Source of the DNA: Planctomycetota bacterium
GTDB lineage: Bacteria; Planctomycetota; PLA2; JAEUHO01
Direction of reading: 5' to 3'
Assembly (NCBI GenBank): GCA_050248855.1
Contig: JBFWRP010000027.1
Span: 1-59,675 of the forward strand
Length of the DNA stretch: 59,675 nt
Under the pieces are notes generated by a model, which saw only the letters and a program-made list of their open reading frames with translations, did no database searches and was not told the DNA's origin. Below, in pieces: positions 49,959 through 59,318 of the stretch. The position numbers and the translations under genes were made by a program. Position 1 is the first letter of the stretch, and every line of letters starts with the position of its first letter.

Positions 49959-50699
49959 CTACTTGACCTGGTGCCAGAGGTGGCCGTCGTAGCCGACCTT
50001 GCCGATGGCCAACCGGCCGGTGATGGCACGGGCGTGCTTCGGCTCGTTGGTCGCGTCGAAGGCTGCGCCCAGCACGGCTCCGGACCACTCGGGGCGGTTG
50101 TCTCCTCCCGCCGAGCCGGAGTAGTCATCGGCATCCGCCATGACGATCGTGCCGGTCTGGTTCACGCAGAACGTACGCCGACCACTCTGGCTGTAGACGC
50201 GCGGCCACGCGTAGCAGCACCACGTCACCTCGGCGAGGTCCATGTCGACGATGTCGTGGAACTGGCCCACGCGCTCCGGATAGCGACGGCCATCCGGCTG
50301 CGGCAAGTACATCTGGAACAGGTAGCCGTTGCGTTCCACGTGGCCCCACGGGGCGTGGACCGTCTGGAAGCTGCCGCTGGTCAGGATCGGCGGGCTCATC
50401 GGCGGACGGGCCGGTGCTCCCACGGGCCCGCGCGGCCCGCGCATGCCGGCCAGCTCCATGAAGCCACCGAACTCGCCGATGCCGTCCCCGTCGCGGTCCA
50501 CGATGGCGCGAGCCTGGAACTGCGTCTGCGCCTGGGCGACGAGGCGTAGGGCGTCGATCGCGGCCACTTCGTTCGCCTGCAGCTTGCTGTCCAGGAAGTT
50601 GGGGATCGCGATGACCGCGATCAGCCCCAGCACCGAGACGACGACGATCAGCTCGATCAGGGTGAACCCGCGTACTGCGGGGCGCGTGAGTGTGGACAT
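49959..50699 (-). CDS. Type IV pilin-like protein (paralog 2)
   Basis: Class III signal GFTLIEL; GYLF, YAWP and GRRTFCVNQ. Confidence 0.9.
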   Translation of the reverse strand: MSTLTRPAVRGFTLIELIVVVSVLGLIAVIAIPNFLDSKLQANEVAAIDALRLVAQAQTQFQARAIVDRDGDGIGEFGGFMELAGMRGPRGPVGAPARPPMSPPILTSGSFQTVHAPWGHVERNGYLFQMYLPQPDGRRYPERVGQFHDIVDMDLAEVTWCCYAWPRVYSQSGRRTFCVNQTGTIVMADADDYSGSAGGDNRPEWSGAVLGAAFDATNEPKHARAITGRLAIGKVGYDGHLWHQVK

Positions 50700-50782
50700 G
50701 CTCCCCCCCCGGGGTACGAGCGCCTTCCAGATCCCGGATCCCGGTCTCCGTACGCCGCGTGACGCGGCGAAGACCCATGCAT

Positions 50783-50811
50783 CTTTCGGCTACGACACGC
50801 ACGGGTCTGAA
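50783..50811 (-). promoter_or_regulatory. Weaker sigma28-like promoter motif upstream of pilin 2
   Basis: TTCA-N17-GCCGAAAG. Confidence 0.4.
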
Positions 50812-50905
50812 GTGTCACGTTCGCCATCTCGAGGAAACGCCCCGCGCGCCGAGGCCTCGGTCACGGCGCCGCCGACGCGCTCGCGCACGGCATCCAAAAC
50901 GCAAG

Positions 50906-50936
50906 CGAGGCCGCGACCCCGTGGGTCGCGGCCTCG
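50906..50936 (-). terminator. Intrinsic terminator after pilin 1
   Basis: 14-bp GC stem CGAGGCCGCGACCC/GGGTCGCGGCCTCG followed on the minus strand by CTTGCGTTTT. Confidence 0.7.
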
Positions 50937-50978
50937 TTCGGTGGGAGGCGCCTCGGCGCGAGGCCGAGGCGCGTTGGA

Positions 50979-51665
50979 TCAGCTGACCTGACGCCAGGTG
51001 AACGTGTCCTGAGCCGGGACGCCGATGGCGGGCTGGCTCGTGATGTCGGCAGCGACCGTGAAGGCGGCGTCCGCGCTCGGGCCGTTGTCGGGACCGTCGT
51101 AGGGCGCCGCACCCGTGTTCTCGGTCGCCAGGACGTCGCCGGCCTGGTTCACGAAGAACGTGCGGTTGCCGGACTGCTGGTAGGCGGCCGGCCAAGCGTA
51201 GGCGCACCACGCCGTCTCGGCGAGGTCGTCGTCCGTCGCGCCCGACAGCGCGCCACCGGCGGCACCCTCGACCACACCGACGCCAGCGGCGCCCGGCAGC
51301 CAGATGCGGAACAGGTAGCCGCTCTTGCTCACGTAGCCACCGTCAGCGTCGGCAGCGACCGTGCGGAACGCGCCCGACAAGACGGGGGGAACCAGCGTCG
51401 CGGCCATGCGGCCAGCGCCAGCGCCCGACAGCTCGAAGAACGTGCCGTACTCGCCGGTACCGTCGGTATCGACGTCAAGACGGCCGCCCTGCTGGAACTG
51501 GGCCTGGGCCGACACGAGGTTGCGAAGGGTGGCAATCGCCGCCGTCTCGTTGGCCGACAAACGCGCGGCCAGGAGGTTCGGGATGGCGATGGCGGCGATG
51601 ACGGCGATGATCGCGATCACGATCATCAGCTCGATCAGGGTGAAACCGCTCTGCTTGCGGGACAT
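50979..51665 (-). CDS. Type IV pilin, probable major pilin
   Basis: MSRKQSG|FTLIELMIVIAIIAVIAAIAIP; RBS AGGAG; own promoter motif and terminator. Confidence 0.92.
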   Translation of the reverse strand: MSRKQSGFTLIELMIVIAIIAVIAAIAIPNLLAARLSANETAAIATLRNLVSAQAQFQQGGRLDVDTDGTGEYGTFFELSGAGAGRMAATLVPPVLSGAFRTVAADADGGYVSKSGYLFRIWLPGAAGVGVVEGAAGGALSGATDDDLAETAWCAYAWPAAYQQSGNRTFFVNQAGDVLATENTGAAPYDGPDNGPSADAAFTVAADITSQPAIGVPAQDTFTWRQVS

Positions 51666-51832
51666 GGTTCTCTCGCTCCTGAAATTGGGTTACGGGTAGG
51701 TGAGCCTGCTCCAGGCGGAGACGGCTGCCAGCAAGACCACTCGGTCTCGCCCCCCCTGCCGGGCTCGCGGCAGAGCGCCGCGGTGAGGCGGCGTGTTCGA
51801 CTCCGACCCCGGCTGAGGCCGGAGCGGACCCC

Positions 51833-51861
51833 CTATCGGGCGCCGGGCCCGCTGGACTTGA
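51833..51861 (-). promoter_or_regulatory. Sigma28-like promoter motif upstream of pilin 1
   Basis: TCAA-N17-CCCGATAG, overlapping the upstream stop codon. Confidence 0.55.
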
Positions 51862-52861
51862 GCGGGAGCGCCGCATTTTGGGCGAGCGCGCGGAGGGCCG
51901 CCGCCCGCTCGGCACCGAGGCTTGGCAGCAGGGCCGTCAGATAGGACGCCGCGGCCACGGGGTCGATGTCACGGGCCCGTCCCAGGGCGGTCTCGGCGTC
52001 GGTCGGGGCGCCCGCCGCTTCGAGCCCGACCGCGGCCTCCACGGCGACGCGCGCATCGGCCGGGGCGATCCGCAGGAGCCGCCGCCACGTGCCGGCGGCC
52101 TCCGAGGGGTCCTGCAGGTCGGCCAGGTCACGGGCCAGGGCGAACGCGATCTCCCCGGCGCTCCAGTCGTGCCCCTCGAAGAAGAGCTCCGTGGCTGGAT
52201 CCACGGGATCGGGGAGACCACGGAAGGCGCGGGCCAGGTGCCCCGCCGCCTCGTCCTGGCGTCCCGCCCGAGCCGCAACGGTCGCTTCGGCCTGCGCTCG
52301 CCACGCAAGAACCATGGGCAGCACGCCGGGAGCGGACAGGGTCGCGGCAGAAGGCGCGGGCCCCAGCCCCTCGAGGGCCTGCTCCCCCCGCTCGGCGCGG
52401 AGCAGCATCCGGGCGTGCTCCACGCGCGCCAGCTCGCGGGCCAGCCCCGCCGGCCCTGCCTCGATGGCCTGCTTGCCGGCCTCGATCGCCTCGTCCAAGC
52501 GGCCCGCCGAGACGAGGGCAAGCGCCCGCATGCGGTGATGCAGGCCCCGCAGGTCCTCGGGCAGGCCGTCGAGGGGGTAGTCCTCGGCCAGCGCGCGGAG
52601 CACGACCGTTCCCGAGGGGTCCTGCTGGAGGGGAATCGACAGGTTCTCGAGCTTCTTCTGCAGCGCCAGATGCCGGTCGGCCTCGTCCGCGGCGCGACGA
52701 CCCGCCCAGGCCATGACGAGGCCCACGAGGAGCGCGATGCCGACGCCGTAGAGCAGGCTGCGCGAAAGCACCGGGTGACGCAGTCGCCACGGCCGCGTGT
52801 CGCGTGACGACGCATCCGCGCCGCCAGACCCGGTTGCCGTCCCGTCCTGCTGGCCGCCCAC
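51833..52861 (-). CDS. Membrane-anchored TPR-like protein
   Basis: N-terminal TM; AGRLDEAIEAGKQAIE-type helical repeats. Confidence 0.7.
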   Translation of the reverse strand: MGGQQDGTATGSGGADASSRDTRPWRLRHPVLSRSLLYGVGIALLVGLVMAWAGRRAADEADRHLALQKKLENLSIPLQQDPSGTVVLRALAEDYPLDGLPEDLRGLHHRMRALALVSAGRLDEAIEAGKQAIEAGPAGLARELARVEHARMLLRAERGEQALEGLGPAPSAATLSAPGVLPMVLAWRAQAEATVAARAGRQDEAAGHLARAFRGLPDPVDPATELFFEGHDWSAGEIAFALARDLADLQDPSEAAGTWRRLLRIAPADARVAVEAAVGLEAAGAPTDAETALGRARDIDPVAAASYLTALLPSLGAERAAALRALAQNAALPLKSSGPGAR

Positions 52862-52913
52862 CGTCGTGCTCCGTGCCCTCGCGGGCGCGGCCTGCGCCGC
52901 GCCCGCCGGGAGC

Positions 52914-54209
52914 CTACCGCGCTGCCAGCTGCTTCTGGAGCTCGAAGATCGGGAGGAACACGGACAGACAGATCGTGCCGACCAGCAGACCCATGATCGC
53001 GATCATGATCGGCTCGATCAGGCTCGTCAGCTGCTTCACGGTCGCGTTGACCTGTTCCTCGTAGAACTCGGCAATCTTGTCGAGGAGCTGTTCGAGCGAG
53101 CCGGTCTTCTCGCCAATCCCGATCATGCGCGTGACCATCGGCGGGAACACGGGGCTCGCGGCCAGCGGCTCGGCGAGCGGCTCGCCCTTGCGGACGTTCT
53201 CCCGGGCGTTGAGCACCGCGTCGGCGATGATGACGTTGCCGCTGGTGTCGGCCACGATCTCCAGGGCGCCGAGGATCGGCACGCCCGAACGGAGCATGGT
53301 GGCGAAGGTCTTGCTGAAGCGCGCCAAGCCGACCTTCTGGAACAGGTTGCCGAACACCGGGAGGTGCAGCATCAGCCAGTCCCATTGCGTGCGGCCGTTC
53401 TTCGTCCCCTTGTAGATCTTCAGGAGGATGAAGGCGCCGATCATGCCCACGAAGATCAGCGGGTAGTTGTTCTCGCACCACGCGGAGGCGCCCAGGGTGA
53501 TCTTCGTCAAGCCCGGCAGCTCCACGCCCAGGCCCACGAAGATCTCCTTGAACTTCGGGATGATGAAGATCATCAGGAAGAACGTGATGCCGAAGATCAG
53601 CACGAGCGAGACGACGGGGTACGTCATGGCGCTCTTGATGTTGCGCTTGAGGCGCTGGGTCGACTCCAGGTACTCCGCAAGCCGGAGGAGGATGTCGTCC
53701 AGCTGACCCGAGGCCTCACCGGCCTTGATCATGCTGACGTAGACGTCGGTGAAGACCTTGGGGTAGCGGTTGATCGACGTGCTCAGGTCTTCACCGCCGC
53801 GCACGGACGCGACGACCTCGCCGAGCAGCATGTTGAACTGCCGGCTGGCGGCCTGCTCGCGCAGGATCTCCAGGCACTCGAGCAGCGGGATGCCCGCCCC
53901 CACCATCGTGGCGAGCTGGCGCGTGAAGATGACGATCTCGTCCTTCTTGCGCACGCCGGGCTTCATGGCGCCGATGTGGATGTCCATCGACAGGCCCTTC
54001 TTGGCCGGCGGCACGCCGCTGGCGGAGGGCGCCGGGGTGGCGCGCGCGGGCTTGGGCGCCCGCGCGCCCCCGGACTTCTCCTCCACGCGCAAGGGCGTCA
54101 GGCTGCGGCGGCGCAGCTCTTCGACGAGCTCGCCCTGGCTGCTGGCCTCGATGTTGCCCTTGACGGTGCGCCCGTCGGTCCCGACGGCGCTGTACTTGAA
54201 GGTCGGCAT
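52914..54209 (-). CDS. pilC: Type IV pilus platform protein PilC (GspF family)
   Basis: FTRQLATM, GEASGQL, AMTYP, IGEKTGSL, LIEP. Confidence 0.96.
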   Translation of the reverse strand: MPTFKYSAVGTDGRTVKGNIEASSQGELVEELRRRSLTPLRVEEKSGGARAPKPARATPAPSASGVPPAKKGLSMDIHIGAMKPGVRKKDEIVIFTRQLATMVGAGIPLLECLEILREQAASRQFNMLLGEVVASVRGGEDLSTSINRYPKVFTDVYVSMIKAGEASGQLDDILLRLAEYLESTQRLKRNIKSAMTYPVVSLVLIFGITFFLMIFIIPKFKEIFVGLGVELPGLTKITLGASAWCENNYPLIFVGMIGAFILLKIYKGTKNGRTQWDWLMLHLPVFGNLFQKVGLARFSKTFATMLRSGVPILGALEIVADTSGNVIIADAVLNARENVRKGEPLAEPLAASPVFPPMVTRMIGIGEKTGSLEQLLDKIAEFYEEQVNATVKQLTSLIEPIMIAIMGLLVGTICLSVFLPIFELQKQLAAR

Positions 54210-54219
54210 CGTGCGTCCT

Positions 54220-55938
54220 CTAGTCCATCTCGCCCATGGTCACGCGCAGCACTTCTTCGATGCTGGTGTTCCCACGGATCGCGTTGTTCAGGGCCGCCCG
54301 GCGCAGCGAGACCATGCCGTTCTCGAGAGCCTGGCGACGGATGTCCACGGCGCTACGGCCGGCCACGACCATGCGCTTGATCGACTCGGTCATGGGCAGC
54401 GTCTCGAGCAGCGCGAAGCGGCCCGCGTAGCCCTGGCTGCAGCGGCTGCAGCCCTTGGGCTGCATCAGCTGGACGCCCTCGCTGATCTCCTCCGGCGTGA
54501 AGCCGACCTGCAGCAGGCGCTCCTCGGGAGCCTCGAAGGGCTTCTTGCAGTGCTTGCAGAGGCGCCGGATCAGACGCTGGGCCGACACGAGCAGCGTCGC
54601 CGAGGCGACCATGAAGGGGTCGACGCCCATGTCGACCATGCGGCTGATCGTGCTCGCGGCGTCGTTGGTGTGCAGCGTGCTCAGCACCAAGTGGCCCGTG
54701 AGGGCGGCCTTGATGGCGATGTCGATCGTCTCGCGATCGCGGATCTCGCCGAGCATGACCACGTCGGGGTCCTGACGCAGGATCGACCGCAAGGCGGCGC
54801 TGAAGGTGAGGCCACCCTTGGGGTTGACCTGCACCTGGTTGATGCGGTCCATCTGGTACTCGACGGGGTCCTCGACCGTGACGAAGTTGGACTCGTCGTC
54901 GAAGATCTCCTTCACGGCGCTGTAGAGCGTCGTCGTCTTGCCCGATCCCGTGGGGCCGGTCACGAGGATCATGCCGTACGGGCTCGCGATGGCGTCGCGG
55001 AAGTCCTTCAGCGCCTTCTCCTCGAAGCCCAGCGTGTCCAGCGACAACGCCAGGTTCGACGAGTCGAGGATGCGCATCACGACCTTCTCGCCGTGCACGG
55101 TGGGAAGCGTGCTCACGCGGAAGTCGATCGTGCGGCCCTCGGCCCGCACCTGGAACTTGCCGTCCTGGGGCTTGCGCCGCTCCGCGATGTCGAGCTGCGC
55201 CATGATCTTGAGGCGGCTGATCACCGCGTTCTGCATGGTCTTGGGCGGCTCGGGGCCCTCGAGCAGGGCGCCGTCGATGCGGTACCGCACGCGAACGCGC
55301 TTCTCGAACGGCTCGACGTGGATGTCGGACGCCTTGGTCTTGACCGCTTGGTAGATGATGTGGTTGACGATCTTGACGACCGGCGCTTCCTCGCCCTCGC
55401 CCAGCGAGCTGACGTCGACGACCTCGGTCTCCTGCTCGACCTTGGGGATGTCCGTGGAGATCCCGTCCACGTCCGCCAGGAAGGCCGCCATCTTCTCGCT
55501 GTCGGCGCCGCCGTAGAGACGGTCGATGGCCGGCCCGATGCGGTGGTCGAGGCAGAGGGCCAGACGCAGCTCGCAGCCCGTCTGGATGCGCAGGTCGTCG
55601 TGGTGCACCACGTCGAAGGGGTTGCCGACGGCCACGGTGAGCTGGTCGCCGATCTTCGAGAGCGGCAGGCAACGCGTCTTGCGTGCGAGCTCGGCCGGCA
55701 CGGCTTCCTTGGCCTCGTCGCTGGGCGTGACGCGATCGAGGTCAATCGGCGGAACGTTCAGCCGATCGGCCAGGATGCCGAGCAACTCGCCCTCCTCGAT
55801 GACCTCCTTGTCGAGGAGGTGCTGCGTGACGGAGCGCTCGCCCTTCGAGGCGACCTGGGAGGCCTCGAGCAGCACGTCGAGCTCGACGGCCCCGGTTTCC
55901 TCCAGGATGCGGACGATGCGCCGGCTGAAGCTGACCAT
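54220..55938 (-). CDS. pilB: Type IV pilus assembly ATPase PilB
   Basis: ASDIHVEP, GPTGSGKTTT, EDPVE, LRQDPD, GEIRD, GHLVLSTLH; Zn CKHC/CSRC. Confidence 0.96.
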   Translation of the reverse strand: MVSFSRRIVRILEETGAVELDVLLEASQVASKGERSVTQHLLDKEVIEEGELLGILADRLNVPPIDLDRVTPSDEAKEAVPAELARKTRCLPLSKIGDQLTVAVGNPFDVVHHDDLRIQTGCELRLALCLDHRIGPAIDRLYGGADSEKMAAFLADVDGISTDIPKVEQETEVVDVSSLGEGEEAPVVKIVNHIIYQAVKTKASDIHVEPFEKRVRVRYRIDGALLEGPEPPKTMQNAVISRLKIMAQLDIAERRKPQDGKFQVRAEGRTIDFRVSTLPTVHGEKVVMRILDSSNLALSLDTLGFEEKALKDFRDAIASPYGMILVTGPTGSGKTTTLYSAVKEIFDDESNFVTVEDPVEYQMDRINQVQVNPKGGLTFSAALRSILRQDPDVVMLGEIRDRETIDIAIKAALTGHLVLSTLHTNDAASTISRMVDMGVDPFMVASATLLVSAQRLIRRLCKHCKKPFEAPEERLLQVGFTPEEISEGVQLMQPKGCSRCSQGYAGRFALLETLPMTESIKRMVVAGRSAVDIRRQALENGMVSLRRAALNNAIRGNTSIEEVLRVTMGEMD

Positions 55939-55963
55939 GATGGATCCCTCTCTCCCCCTCGAC

Positions 55964-57034
55964 TCACGCCATCTGCAGCGTGCGCTTGAGGTCCTCGATG
56001 TCGCCCGAGTGCTGCAGCGCCTGCTCGAACGTGATGTGGCGATCGCGCACCAGCTGGCCGAGAGCCTGGTTCATCGTCTGCATGCCCAGCTTTCCGCCGG
56101 TCTGGATGATGCTGTAGATCTGGTGCGCCTTGTCGTCGCGGATCAGGGCGCGCACGGCGCTGTTCGCCATCATCACCTCGAGCGCGAGCACACGGCCGGC
56201 GCCCGTGGCGGACGGGATCAGCTGCTGGCAGAACACGGCCTGCAGCGTGAAGCTCAGCTGCGTGCGGATCTGCTGCTGCTGGTGGGACGGGAACACGTCG
56301 ATCACGCGGTTGATCGACTGCACGGCGTCGCTGGTGTGCAGCGTACCGAACGTCAAGTGACCCGTCTCGGCGATCGTCAAGGCCGCCTCGATGGTCTCCG
56401 TGTCGCGCATCTCACCCACCAGCACGACGTCCGGGTCCTCGCGCAGCGCGCTCTTCAGCGCGTTCTTGAAGCCCCGCGTGTCCGAGCCGACCTCGCGCTG
56501 GTTGAACAAGCAGCCCTTGTTGCGGTGCAGGAACTCGATCGGGTCCTCGATGGTGAGGACGTGGTCCGCCCGGTTGTCGTTGACGAAGTCGAGCATCGCG
56601 GCCAGCGTCGTGCTCTTGCCGCTACCCGTGGCGCCCGTCACCAGGACCAAGCCGCGCGGCAGGGCCGAGATCTGCTCGCAGATCACCCGCGGCAGGCCGA
56701 GCTGGTCGAACGAGCGGACCTGCTCGGGGATCATCCGCAGCACGGAGGCCACGCTGCCCCGCTGGTAGAAGACGTTGACGCGGAAGCGCCCCAGCCCCTC
56801 CAGGCCGAACGACAGGTCCAGCTCGAAGTCCTTCTCGAAGCGCGCGATCTGGTCCGAGGTCAGGAACGAGTAGATCAGCGTCTTCGTGGCCTCGGGCCGC
56901 ATCGGGTCGTGCTCGGTGTCGTACAGGTGCCCGTCCACGCGGACCTTGGGCGGCGAGCCCGCCGAGATGTGGAGATCCGACCCGCCCTGGGCCACCAGGA
57001 TCTGGAGCAGCTCCTCGATCGTCACCGTCGCCAT
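55964..57034 (-). CDS. pilT: Type IV pilus retraction ATPase PilT
   Basis: SDLH, GATGSGKSTT, LREDPD, GEMRD, AETGHL; AVRALIRD (AIRNLIRE-like); GMQTM. Confidence 0.96.
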   Translation of the reverse strand: MATVTIEELLQILVAQGGSDLHISAGSPPKVRVDGHLYDTEHDPMRPEATKTLIYSFLTSDQIARFEKDFELDLSFGLEGLGRFRVNVFYQRGSVASVLRMIPEQVRSFDQLGLPRVICEQISALPRGLVLVTGATGSGKSTTLAAMLDFVNDNRADHVLTIEDPIEFLHRNKGCLFNQREVGSDTRGFKNALKSALREDPDVVLVGEMRDTETIEAALTIAETGHLTFGTLHTSDAVQSINRVIDVFPSHQQQQIRTQLSFTLQAVFCQQLIPSATGAGRVLALEVMMANSAVRALIRDDKAHQIYSIIQTGGKLGMQTMNQALGQLVRDRHITFEQALQHSGDIEDLKRTLQMA

Positions 57035-57090
57035 GTCCACACCCTCCGACGTGGGTCCGCTTGGAGGTCCCGGCGGGGACCTGCGGGCCC

Positions 57091-57119
57091 CTATCGACAG
57101 GGCGCGTGCAGATGCTTGA
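57091..57119 (-). promoter_or_regulatory. Sigma28-like promoter motif upstream of pilT
   Basis: TCAA-N17-GTCGATAG. Confidence 0.55.
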
Positions 57120-57160
57120 ACATGGATGCGGGGATCTGCGGGACACCTACGGAATGCAAA

Positions 57161-57191
57161 CGGCCCCCGTCCGCGGGGCGGACGGGGGCCG
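57161..57191 (-). terminator. Intrinsic terminator after the OmpA-family gene
   Basis: 14-bp stem CGGCCCCCGTCCGC/GCGGACGGGGGCCG followed by TTTG on the minus strand. Confidence 0.65.
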
Positions 57192-57253
57192 GATGGGGGC
57201 CGGACGAACGGCGGCGGGGAGGGTCTCCCCGCCGCCGCCACCAGGTGCAGGCG

Positions 57254-58201
57254 CTACAGCGAGATCACGATCTCGACGCGGCGGTTGCGGGCCTGGTCGC
57301 TGCGGTTGCGCTCGGGGGCGACGAGCGGCTCGCTCGACCCACGCCCCTGCACGTCGATGCGGCTCTGGATGCCGGCGCTCGAGAGGTGCGAAGCCACGGT
57401 CTGGGCGCGCGCCTCGGACAGGTGCTGGTTGCTGCGCCAGCGGTCCTTGGACTTGACGATCGGCGTGCTGTCGCTGTGGCCGATGACCGCGACGCGGGCG
57501 TCGGGGAAGCGGCGGAGGGCGGTGGCCGTGGCGCGGGCTACCGCGTCGGCCTGGGAGGGCGAGAGGAGCTTGTCGTCACCGGACTTGAAGCCGTCGGTCA
57601 GGCGGACGATGACGCGATCGCCCTGGCGGACGACTTCGGCGCCCGCGGCCTGCGAACGGAGGGCGGTCTCGAGCTCGGCCACGGCGCGGTCAACCGGCAC
57701 GTCGGTCGTGCCGCCTGCGGACCAGCCGCCGGGCAGCGGGGGGTTGTCGAGGACCTCGTCCTGCTGGCTCGCGATCTTGTCGCGGACCCGGCTGAGCTCG
57801 TCCTGCAGCGCCGCCTGCTCGGCCTTCATGCGATCCAGCTCGGCGCGCGATGCGGCCAGCTCTTCGCGGGTGCTCGTGCCGGCGCTGGCCACCGGGGCGC
57901 TGGTCCAGCCCTCGGTCGGGGCCTCGGGGGCCGGGTAGTCCGTGCTCGGGAACGGATCCACGTAGGTCGGGGCCCCGGGCGGGACGTTGGCAAACGAGCC
58001 TTCCGGGCTTGCGTAGACGTCGCCAGGCATGCTCGGGGCCGGGGGAATCACGGCGTAGCTGCCGCTGGACGATCCTGCGTTGGCAGGTGCCGTGCGCTTG
58101 GCACGGCGGGAGCTCTGGCAGCCGCCCAGGACGGGCAGGGCCACGAGCGCGACGAGGGCGGAGCAAAGGGCGCCCTTCCTCGTGATGACGGACTTCCTCA
58201 T
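57254..58201 (-). CDS. OmpA/MotB-family peptidoglycan-binding lipoprotein
   Basis: Lipobox LGGC, coiled coil, GHSD..NQHLSEARAQTV..NRRVEI. Confidence 0.9.
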   Translation of the reverse strand: MRKSVITRKGALCSALVALVALPVLGGCQSSRRAKRTAPANAGSSSGSYAVIPPAPSMPGDVYASPEGSFANVPPGAPTYVDPFPSTDYPAPEAPTEGWTSAPVASAGTSTREELAASRAELDRMKAEQAALQDELSRVRDKIASQQDEVLDNPPLPGGWSAGGTTDVPVDRAVAELETALRSQAAGAEVVRQGDRVIVRLTDGFKSGDDKLLSPSQADAVARATATALRRFPDARVAVIGHSDSTPIVKSKDRWRSNQHLSEARAQTVASHLSSAGIQSRIDVQGRGSSEPLVAPERNRSDQARNRRVEIVISL

Positions 58202-58358
58202 GGGAGAACTCCTTCGGGCACGACGGGAGAGAAGCGATGCGCCAAGCGGCGAGGGGGAGCGCCGCGGAGCGGCGTGCCCTGCACGACGCTCCGCGACGCC
58301 CGGATGGGGGATACGCGCTGGCACGCCTCCGGGGCCGTGCCAGGCGCTCGGGGACGTG

Positions 58359-59318
58359 TCAGGCGTTCGGGGCGATGTAGATCTCGACGCGGCGGTTGCG
58401 GGCCTTCGAGGCCTTGTCCGTCCCCGGGTCGAGCAGACGCTGGGCGCCGAAGCCGGCCGTGCTGACCTGGCTCGCAGCCAGACCGGACTGCGTGAGGAGC
58501 TCACGCACTGCCTCGGCGCGGGCCTGGGAGAGGCGCTCGTTGGTGCCCCACTTGGCCTTCGTCCGGTTGAGCGGGTCGGCGTCGGTGTGGCCCTCGACCA
58601 GGACCTGGGCGCTGGGGTACTGCTCGTTGATCAGGCGGCCGAGGCCGACGATGGCCTGCACGGACTCCTTGTTCTCGTAGAGCATGGCCTCGCCGGGCTT
58701 GAAGGCGTCCGGCAGGACGATGGCGACGCGCTCGCCGTAGCTGTCGTTGCGGATCTCGACGGGCAGGCCGCGGAGGCCGTACCGGGCCAGGCGGCTCTCG
58801 AGGTCGCGCTGCATGGCCAGCGCCTGCGGGCTCGGCCCCGTCTGGAGCGGCGGGAGGGGGTCGTAGGTCGGGGCGGCGGGCGGCCCGCTGGCCAGACGGT
58901 CCCTCAGCTCGCGGTTCTGCGCGTTGAGGCTGTCGAACTCGGCACCGAGGTCGGCGACCACTTGGCGCGCCTGGGCCAGGTCCGTCTGCAGGCGCACGAG
59001 CTCGCCGCGCATCGCGGCGACGTCCTGCGCGTTGGCGTTGGAGCCTGCTTCGGCGAGCGTCAGCTGGTCACGGAGCTCGCGCTCGCGTGCCGCGGTCAGC
59101 TCCTGGTTGCGGTGGGCGTCGGCAAGCTGCCCCTCGAGCTGGCCCATGCGGCCGTTGAGCCCGTCCAGCTGGCCGCCGCGGTAGCGGGCGACCTGGATGG
59201 CCTTCTTGTGGGACTTGCTGATCGAGCAGGCGGGCAGGGCCACGACGGCGATGCCCATCACCGCCAGGGCCACGAGCCGCGAGATCGAACGGCCCCGGAT
59301 CGCTTGGCATTCGCGCAT
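58359..59318 (-). CDS. OmpA/MotB-family peptidoglycan-binding lipoprotein with long coiled coil
   Basis: RBS AAGGAGG, lipobox LPAC, EGHTD..NERLSQARAEAV..NRRVEI. Confidence 0.9.
   Translation of the reverse strand: MRECQAIRGRSISRLVALAVMGIAVVALPACSISKSHKKAIQVARYRGGQLDGLNGRMGQLEGQLADAHRNQELTAARERELRDQLTLAEAGSNANAQDVAAMRGELVRLQTDLAQARQVVADLGAEFDSLNAQNRELRDRLASGPPAAPTYDPLPPLQTGPSPQALAMQRDLESRLARYGLRGLPVEIRNDSYGERVAIVLPDAFKPGEAMLYENKESVQAIVGLGRLINEQYPSAQVLVEGHTDADPLNRTKAKWGTNERLSQARAEAVRELLTQSGLAASQVSTAGFGAQRLLDPGTDKASKARNRRVEIYIAPNA

Noticed and set aside
51666..51832. Sigma54 promoter or c-di-GMP riboswitch before the major pilin
   Set aside because: CTGGCAGCC lacks a correctly spaced -12 GC; no GEMM consensus seen.
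55526..58465. 979-aa plus-strand ORF
   Set aside because: Antisense to pilB, pilT and the OmpA-family genes.
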